From an uncultured Flammeovirgaceae bacterium (GTDB lineage Bacteria; Bacteroidota; Bacteroidia; Cytophagales; MED-G16): a stretch of DNA of 64,000 nt. Shown piece by piece: positions 58,785 through 64,000 of this stretch (position 1 is its first letter; the number at the start of each line of letters is the position of its first letter). The stretch is taken from NCBI GenBank assembly GCA_913046795.1, contig CAJWTC010000001.1, positions 12,011-76,010 of the forward strand, read 5' to 3'. The notes beneath the pieces are model-generated. The model made no database searches, was not told the DNA's origin, and saw only the letters and a program-made list of their open reading frames with translations. The position numbers and the translations under genes are program-made.

Positions 58785-61001
58785 ATGAAATATTTAGAAG
58801 ATTTAAATCAAAATCAAAAAGAGGCAGTTATTCATGAAAATGGACCATGTCTTGTCATAGCAGGTGCTGGGTCTGGAAAGACAAGAGTCCTTACCTATAG
58901 GATTGCTCACCTGATAAGTAGTGGTGTAGACCCTTTCTCAATACTTGCTCTAACCTTTACAAACAAAGCTGCAAAGGAGATGAAGAAAAGGATTGAGAAG
59001 ATTGTTGGTACTGAAGCAAGAAGTTTATGGATGGGAACTTTCCACTCTATTTTTGCTAGAATTCTCCGCTCCGAGGGATATAAATTAGGATACCCACCAA
59101 ACTTTGTGATTTATGATACTCAAGATTCTAAATCTCTTATTAAATCCATAGTTAAAGAATTAAACCTTGATCCAAAAATATATAAGGAGAACTTCGTCTA
59201 TAATAGGATTTCTAATGCAAAAAATAGATTGATATCATATACTGATTATGCTAATAATCCGATATTACAGGAGGAGGATGCTTCTTCTCTAAGACCAAAA
59301 ATTTCTGAGATATATAGAATGTATGTTAAGAGATGCTTTAAATCACAGGCAATGGATTTTGATGATTTACTTTTCAATACTAATATCCTTTTTTCAGAAC
59401 ATGTAGATGTACTAAATAAATACCAACAACTCTTCCAACATGTTTTGATTGATGAATTCCAAGACACTAATTATTGTCAATATTTGATAACAAAGAAATT
59501 AGCTGCTGTCCACAGAAATATTTTTGTGGTAGGTGATGATGCACAATCTATTTATGCATTTAGAGGAGCTGAGATAAGAAATATTTTAAAATTTGAAGAT
59601 GATTTTGATGAATTGAAAACCGTTAAGTTAGAACAAAATTATAGATCAACTAAAACAATTGTAAAAGCTGCTAATTCTGTAATTGAAAATAATAAGTCTA
59701 AGATTAGCAAGGAGGTCTGGACAGAAAATGAAGATGGTGAGTTAATATCTCTTAGGAAGTCATTCTCAGATAATGATGAGGGTAAAATGGTATCTAATCT
59801 GATTTTTGAAGAAAAAAATAAAAATCAGTTGTCAAACTCAAAGTTTGCAGTCCTTTACAGGACAAATAGCCAGTCAAGATCAATTGAAGAATCTTTGAGG
59901 AGGATAGGTCTTAAGTATAAAGTATTTGGGGGTCTTTCTTTTTACCAGAGGAAAGAAGTAAAAGATATCTTGGCTTATTTAAGATTTTCTATAAATCAAA
60001 ACGATGAGCAGTCATTTAGAAGAATTATTAATTTTCCAAGAAGAGGTATTGGACTCACTTCAGTTAATAAAATCATTACTGTTTCTAACAAGGAGGAGAA
60101 AAGTTTATGGGAGATTATTTTAAATTCTGAAAAATATTTAGACAATAGAATTTTAAACCTATTAACTCCATTTGTTGATTTAATGTCATCATTTAAGAAT
60201 TTTGCAAAAAGTAATGATGCCTACTCCTCAGCTTCTCATATAGCTTCAAACTCAGGTCTTCTTAAAGAGTTATGGGATGACAGAAGTATTGAAGGTATCA
60301 GCAGATATGAAAATGTCCAAGAGTTATTAAACTCTATTAAGGAATATGTAGATAATGAAGAAAACAAAGAAAAAAGCTTAGATAATTTTTTACAAGAAAT
60401 TTCTCTTATGACAGATCAAGACCAAGAAGAAAATCAGGATGATGAATATGTTTCCTTAATGACAATTCACATGGCGAAAGGTCTCGAATTTCCAGTAGTT
60501 TTCATTGTAGGAGTAGAAGAGGATTTATTTCCATCTCAAATGATGATTTCATCTAGGGAGGACTTAGAGGAAGAGAGAAGGTTATTTTACGTTGCTATTA
60601 CAAGAGCAATGAAAAAATTATACATTACCTATTCTAAAACAAGATATAGATATGGATTGCTCAAAGATTGTGAGAAGAGTAGGTTCATTAAAGAGATTAG
60701 TCCTATCTATATTGACGGAGAGATTAAGAATATAAATAAATCCTTTGTCAAAAATGTTATTAGAGAGAAGACAAGGAACTTATCTCCTATAAAAAAAGTT
60801 ATAGAAAATAAAAACTCAGAATTTAAGTCAAGTTCAATAAGTGATTTAAAAGTTGGTTTAAAAGTTAAACATCCAAACTTTGGCTTTGGTGAAATTTTGA
60901 TGATAGATACTGATAATAATCAAAATAAGGCAGTTGTAAAATTTAAAACTGTTGGAGAAAAGACTTTACTATTAAATTTTGCTAAATTAGAAATCATATA
61001 A
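58785..61001 (+). CDS. ATP-dependent DNA helicase, UvrD/PcrA/Rep family
   Basis: 738 aa with SF1 motifs AGAGSGKTRVL, DEFQDTN, GDDAQSIYAFRGA, QNYRST, TIHMAKGLEF and VAITRA. Confidence 0.95.
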   Translation: MKYLEDLNQNQKEAVIHENGPCLVIAGAGSGKTRVLTYRIAHLISSGVDPFSILALTFTNKAAKEMKKRIEKIVGTEARSLWMGTFHSIFARILRSEGYKLGYPPNFVIYDTQDSKSLIKSIVKELNLDPKIYKENFVYNRISNAKNRLISYTDYANNPILQEEDASSLRPKISEIYRMYVKRCFKSQAMDFDDLLFNTNILFSEHVDVLNKYQQLFQHVLIDEFQDTNYCQYLITKKLAAVHRNIFVVGDDAQSIYAFRGAEIRNILKFEDDFDELKTVKLEQNYRSTKTIVKAANSVIENNKSKISKEVWTENEDGELISLRKSFSDNDEGKMVSNLIFEEKNKNQLSNSKFAVLYRTNSQSRSIEESLRRIGLKYKVFGGLSFYQRKEVKDILAYLRFSINQNDEQSFRRIINFPRRGIGLTSVNKIITVSNKEEKSLWEIILNSEKYLDNRILNLLTPFVDLMSSFKNFAKSNDAYSSASHIASNSGLLKELWDDRSIEGISRYENVQELLNSIKEYVDNEENKEKSLDNFLQEISLMTDQDQEENQDDEYVSLMTIHMAKGLEFPVVFIVGVEEDLFPSQMMISSREDLEEERRLFYVAITRAMKKLYITYSKTRYRYGLLKDCEKSRFIKEISPIYIDGEIKNINKSFVKNVIREKTRNLSPIKKVIENKNSEFKSSSISDLKVGLKVKHPNFGFGEILMIDTDNNQNKAVVKFKTVGEKTLLLNFAKLEII

Positions 61002-61003
61002 TA

Positions 61004-61735
61004 ATGAATGTTTTAGGAATTGACATTGGTGGATCTGGAGTTAAAGGTGCAATTGTTGACACCAAATCTGGACTATTAATTTCTGAAAAAATTAGATTTC
61101 CAACACCTGATAATCCTACGCCAAAGAAAGTTTTAGATGGAATTAAGTTAAATATTATTGATGAATTTAAATGGGAAGGAAATATTGGCTGTGGTTTTCC
61201 TGGGGTTGTAAAAAAAAATAAGGTTTATTCTGCTGCTAATATTCAGAAGAAATGGGTTGGAGTAAATATAAAAAAGAAATTTTATAAAAAATTTAATTTG
61301 AAGTGTGATGCATTAAATGACGCAGACGCTGCTGGAATATCTGAGATAGCATTAAATAAAAAGGTGAAATCTAAAGGAACCGTATTAGTTATTACGGTTG
61401 GGACAGGTCTTGGTACTTCTATGTTTATAGATGGCAAACTAATACCAAACTTTGAATTAGGTCACCTTAAAATGTATGGAGATTGTGCAGAGAAATATGC
61501 TTCAAACCTAGCTAGGAAAAAATTAAATCTTTCTTGGAAAGAGTGGACTGCCAGATTTAATGAATACCTAGAATATGTTGAATTTTTATTTTCACCTAGT
61601 CAAATTGTTTTTGGAGGTGGAATAAGCAAATATTTTGATGAATTTGGACCTAAATTAAAATCTAAGTGTAAAATAATTCCCGCTAAAAACAGAAATAATG
61701 CTGGTATAATAGGAGCTGCAATATCTTTTAAGTAA
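61004..61735 (+). CDS. ppgK: ROK-family polyphosphate/ATP glucokinase
   Basis: 243 aa with VLGIDIGGSGVKGAIVD ATPase motif, NDADAAG, and a PpgK-like length. Confidence 0.8.
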   Translation: MNVLGIDIGGSGVKGAIVDTKSGLLISEKIRFPTPDNPTPKKVLDGIKLNIIDEFKWEGNIGCGFPGVVKKNKVYSAANIQKKWVGVNIKKKFYKKFNLKCDALNDADAAGISEIALNKKVKSKGTVLVITVGTGLGTSMFIDGKLIPNFELGHLKMYGDCAEKYASNLARKKLNLSWKEWTARFNEYLEYVEFLFSPSQIVFGGGISKYFDEFGPKLKSKCKIIPAKNRNNAGIIGAAISFK

Positions 61736-61736
61736 T

Positions 61737-62180
61737 TTAATTTTTATATCCTTCATCATCTTTTAATGATTTTTCTTGGCATTCGTTTGCAAGAAAATCA
61801 CACCTCTCATTTTCTATATTTCCATCATGTCCTTTGACCCAGATAAACTTTATATTGAATTTCTTATAAAGAGGAATAAATCTTTTCCATAAGTCAATAT
61901 TTTTTTTTTTAATGAAATTTTTTTTCTCCCAATTCCATATCCATCCTTTTTCAACTGATTCTACAACATACTTTGAATCGGAGTAAATTATAATATTCAT
62001 TTTATCTGTCTTCACCTCTTCAAGTGCCTTGATAACTGCTAATAATTCCATTCTATTATTAGTTGTTAAATTATAACCTTGACTTAATTCTTTTCTTTTG
62101 TCTTTATGAATCATCACAACTCCGTATCCTCCTGGTCCAGGATTACCTCTACTTGAACCATCTGTATAGATTTCAATCAT
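61737..62180 (-). CDS. rnhA: ribonuclease HI
   Basis: 147 aa with catalytic residues in context (IYTDGS, NNRMEL, YSDS, KGHDGNIENERCD). Confidence 0.93.
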   Translation of the reverse strand: MIEIYTDGSSRGNPGPGGYGVVMIHKDKRKELSQGYNLTTNNRMELLAVIKALEEVKTDKMNIIIYSDSKYVVESVEKGWIWNWEKKNFIKKKNIDLWKRFIPLYKKFNIKFIWVKGHDGNIENERCDFLANECQEKSLKDDEGYKN

Positions 62181-62599
62181 TTTTGAGAGAGAAAATAGTC
62201 AATAGCAAACTCGTACCCTTTAAGACCTAATCCTGATATTATTCCTTTGCAGACATCACTCAAAAAACTTTTTTTTCTAAATTCTTCTCTTGTCAAGATA
62301 TTAGATATGTGTACCTCAATGGCTGGTGTTTCTACTGATGCTATTGCATCTCTTAATGCTACTGATGTGTGAGTAAAACCTCCCGCATTAATAATAATAC
62401 CATCATAAGAAAATCCAATCTCTTGAATTTTCTCAATTAATTCTCCCTCGTGATTAGATTGAAAAAATTCTAAGTCAATATTTGAGAATTTATTCTTGAT
62501 AGTCTGAAAATATTCTTCAAAAGAAGTATCTCCATATATTTCTTTTTCTCTTATACCTAGTAAATTTAAATTTGGGCCGTTAACTATAATTAATTTCAT
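62177..62599 (-). CDS. aroQ: type II 3-dehydroquinate dehydratase
   Basis: 140 aa with NGPNLNLLGIREKEIYG, QSNHEGE and HISN motifs. Its stop overlaps the rnhA start (ATGA). Confidence 0.95.
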   Translation of the reverse strand: MKLIIVNGPNLNLLGIREKEIYGDTSFEEYFQTIKNKFSNIDLEFFQSNHEGELIEKIQEIGFSYDGIIINAGGFTHTSVALRDAIASVETPAIEVHISNILTREEFRKKSFLSDVCKGIISGLGLKGYEFAIDYFLSQK

Positions 62600-62632
62600 G
62601 ATTGTATAAATTTAATCTAAAAAAAGGATTTT

Positions 62633-63532
62633 ATGTGGGAGTACGAGGTAAATGAATTTAAAAACTATCTTAAACTAGAAAGGTCATTATCATCAAATTC
62701 AATTGATGCTTACCTTCTTGATATAAGAAAACTCACTTCTTTTCTTTCTGATAATTATAGCCAGGAATTCAAACTTAATAGCGTAGATATACCAGTAATT
62801 GAGTCATTCATCAAGTATCTTTTTAAGGGTGAAAAATCTACATATTCACAAGCAAGAATAATTTCTGGATTAAAATCTTTTTTTAATTATTTATTATTAG
62901 AAGAAAAAATTGAATTAAATCCTATGGAGTTAATAGATGCTCCGAAATTAGTAAGGAAACTTCCTGAGACATTAAATGTTAATGAAATTGAACTATTAAT
63001 TGAAAATATAGATTTAGATTCTAACGAGGGAATTAGAAATAGAGCAATAATTGAGACGTTGTATAGCTGTGGGTTAAGAGTATCTGAACTTGTAAATTTA
63101 AAAGTTCAAAATTTATTTTTGGATATTGGTTTTATTAAAGTTTTGGGAAAGGGAATGAAAGAGAGGTTAGTGCCAATAGGTGACAAAGCCTCTAAATATA
63201 TAAATAATTATATAAAGGATTCTAGGTTAAAAATTAAAATTAGAGATGGGTTCGAAGGCTTTTTGTTTATAAACAGAAGAGGAAAAAATTTAACTAGAAA
63301 TATGATATTTATAATTATTAAAGACCTTGCAAAAAAAGTTGGCATCCATAAAAATATTAGCCCACACACATTTAGGCATTCTTTTGCTACACACCTTATT
63401 GAAGGAGGAGCCGACCTAAGGGCTGTCCAGGAAATGCTAGGACATGAGTCAATAACTACAACTGAAATCTATACACATCTAGATAGGAATTATTTAAAGG
63501 AAGTAGTTAAAAAATTTCACCCAAGGAGTTGA
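62633..63532 (+). CDS. xerD: site-specific tyrosine recombinase XerD
   Basis: 299 aa with the R...HxxR...Y catalytic set (GLRVSEL, HTFRHSFATHL, LGHESITTTEIYTH). No flanking mobile-element genes, so this is the housekeeping chromosome dimer resolvase. Confidence 0.88.
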   Translation: MWEYEVNEFKNYLKLERSLSSNSIDAYLLDIRKLTSFLSDNYSQEFKLNSVDIPVIESFIKYLFKGEKSTYSQARIISGLKSFFNYLLLEEKIELNPMELIDAPKLVRKLPETLNVNEIELLIENIDLDSNEGIRNRAIIETLYSCGLRVSELVNLKVQNLFLDIGFIKVLGKGMKERLVPIGDKASKYINNYIKDSRLKIKIRDGFEGFLFINRRGKNLTRNMIFIIIKDLAKKVGIHKNISPHTFRHSFATHLIEGGADLRAVQEMLGHESITTTEIYTHLDRNYLKEVVKKFHPRS

Positions 63533-63541
63533 TTCTATTAT

Positions 63542-63549
63542 TATATTTG
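63542..63549 (+). promoter_or_regulatory. -7 promoter box TAnnTTTG (TATATTTG) immediately upstream of the pyrD ATG
   Basis: Exact motif, with 4 nt between the box and ATG 63554. Same spacing as at gcvT. Confidence 0.35.
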
Positions 63550-63553
63550 CGAG

Positions 63554-64000
63554 ATGTATAAATTGCTTATCAGACCTATATTTTTCATTTTCAACCCTGA
63601 ATTTATACACAACATATCGCTATCTCTTGTAAACTTCTTGTATTTTATACCTGGAATTAAATTCATTTCTAAAAAAATATTTTGTTTTGAAGATGATAAG
63701 TTATCATTTGAGTTAGAAAATATAAAATTCAAAAATAAAATTGGATTAGCTGCAGGGTTTGATAAAAATGGAAAGCATTTAGATGTTTTAGAAACTTTTG
63801 GATTTGGTCATGTTGAAGTTGGAACTGTAACTCCTAAACCTCAGTCAGGAAATGAAAAGCCTAGATTATTTAGATTATCTGATGATAGAGCACTTTTAAA
63901 TAGAATGGGTTTTAATAATGATGGAGTTGAGGCTGTAATAAAAAGATTAAAGAAGTATAAAGGGAAGATGGTTATAGGGGCAAATATTGGAAAAAATAAG
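63554..64000 (+). CDS. pyrD: dihydroorotate dehydrogenase (quinone), class 2; 3' partial at window end
   Basis: Not in the ORF track, so I translated it by hand. [20 protein letters not shown]...[65 protein letters not shown] is a class-2 DHODH signature. The open frame runs to the window edge (149 codons). Confidence 0.9.
   Translation, partial: MYKLLIRPIFFIFNPEFIHNISLSLVNFLYFIPGIKFISKKIFCFEDDKLSFELENIKFKNKIGLAAGFDKNGKHLDVLETFGFGHVEVGTVTPKPQSGNEKPRLFRLSDDRALLNRMGFNNDGVEAVIKRLKKYKGKMVIGANIGKNK

Noticed and set aside
62633-63532. Tyrosine recombinase as a marker of a mobile element
   Set aside because: It has full XerD-type motifs and the usual aroQ-xerD housekeeping context, and is flanked only by core genes (rnhA, aroQ, pyrD).
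63541-63732. 63-aa minus-strand ORF listed in the track
   Set aside because: It is antisense to a clear pyrD reading frame with strong DHODH motifs. Low-complexity, AT-driven ORF.
1-64000. CRISPR arrays, tandem or interspersed repeats, rRNA and tRNA genes
   Set aside because: Reading both strands, I found no regularly spaced direct repeats and no second TTCGAAT-type T-loop with flanking stems apart from the tmRNA. This was a manual scan, so short dispersed repeats could have been missed.

Overview
Visibly AT-rich, very gene-dense chromosomal segment; neither GC content nor coding density was computed. It looks like a streamlined Bacteroidota genome, probably a marine Flavobacteriia-type organism. 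Support for that: a tmRNA tag starting GE..Y, DUF4290-murA synteny, no Shine-Dalgarno sequences, and recurrent TAnnTTTG -7 promoter boxes. I call 63 protein-coding genes plus one tmRNA (ssrA). Nearly all are core housekeeping genes: aromatic amino-acid synthesis (DAHP synthase/chorismate mutase, aroQ), lysS, pheT, an rplM-rpsI-rpsB-tsf block, rpsT, recA, dnaX, uvrD-like helicase, rnhA, rnhB, xerD, murA, gcvT, acnB, queA, ispD, folB, dtd and pyrD (3' partial at the window end). There is also a complete histidine-utilisation operon: hutH-hutU-hutI, a fused formimidoyltransferase-cyclodeaminase, and an AGCS-family symporter. I found no rRNA, tRNA, IS element, prophage, integrase-bounded island, CRISPR array or recognisable defence or toxin-antitoxin module. 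I therefore cannot point to a convincing self-contained novel system. The best candidates for unexplained biology are: (1) a very AT-rich three-gene minus-strand operon at 53.1-56.1 kb (cadherin/Ig-repeat membrane protein, FkbM-type methyltransferase, NTF2-like lipoprotein); (2) an A10 slippery tract at the domain III boundary of dnaX that would give a gamma-like product; (3) a tmRNA with a non-canonical tag, GERKYDYAMAV; (4) MurA with Asp in place of the fosfomycin-target Cys; (5) extreme compaction, with all 13 convergent gene junctions spaced 20 nt or less, several sharing a TTAA double stop, and only one clear intrinsic terminator in 64 kb. All functional calls rest on motif recognition by eye in the supplied translations. 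No database or HMM search was run.
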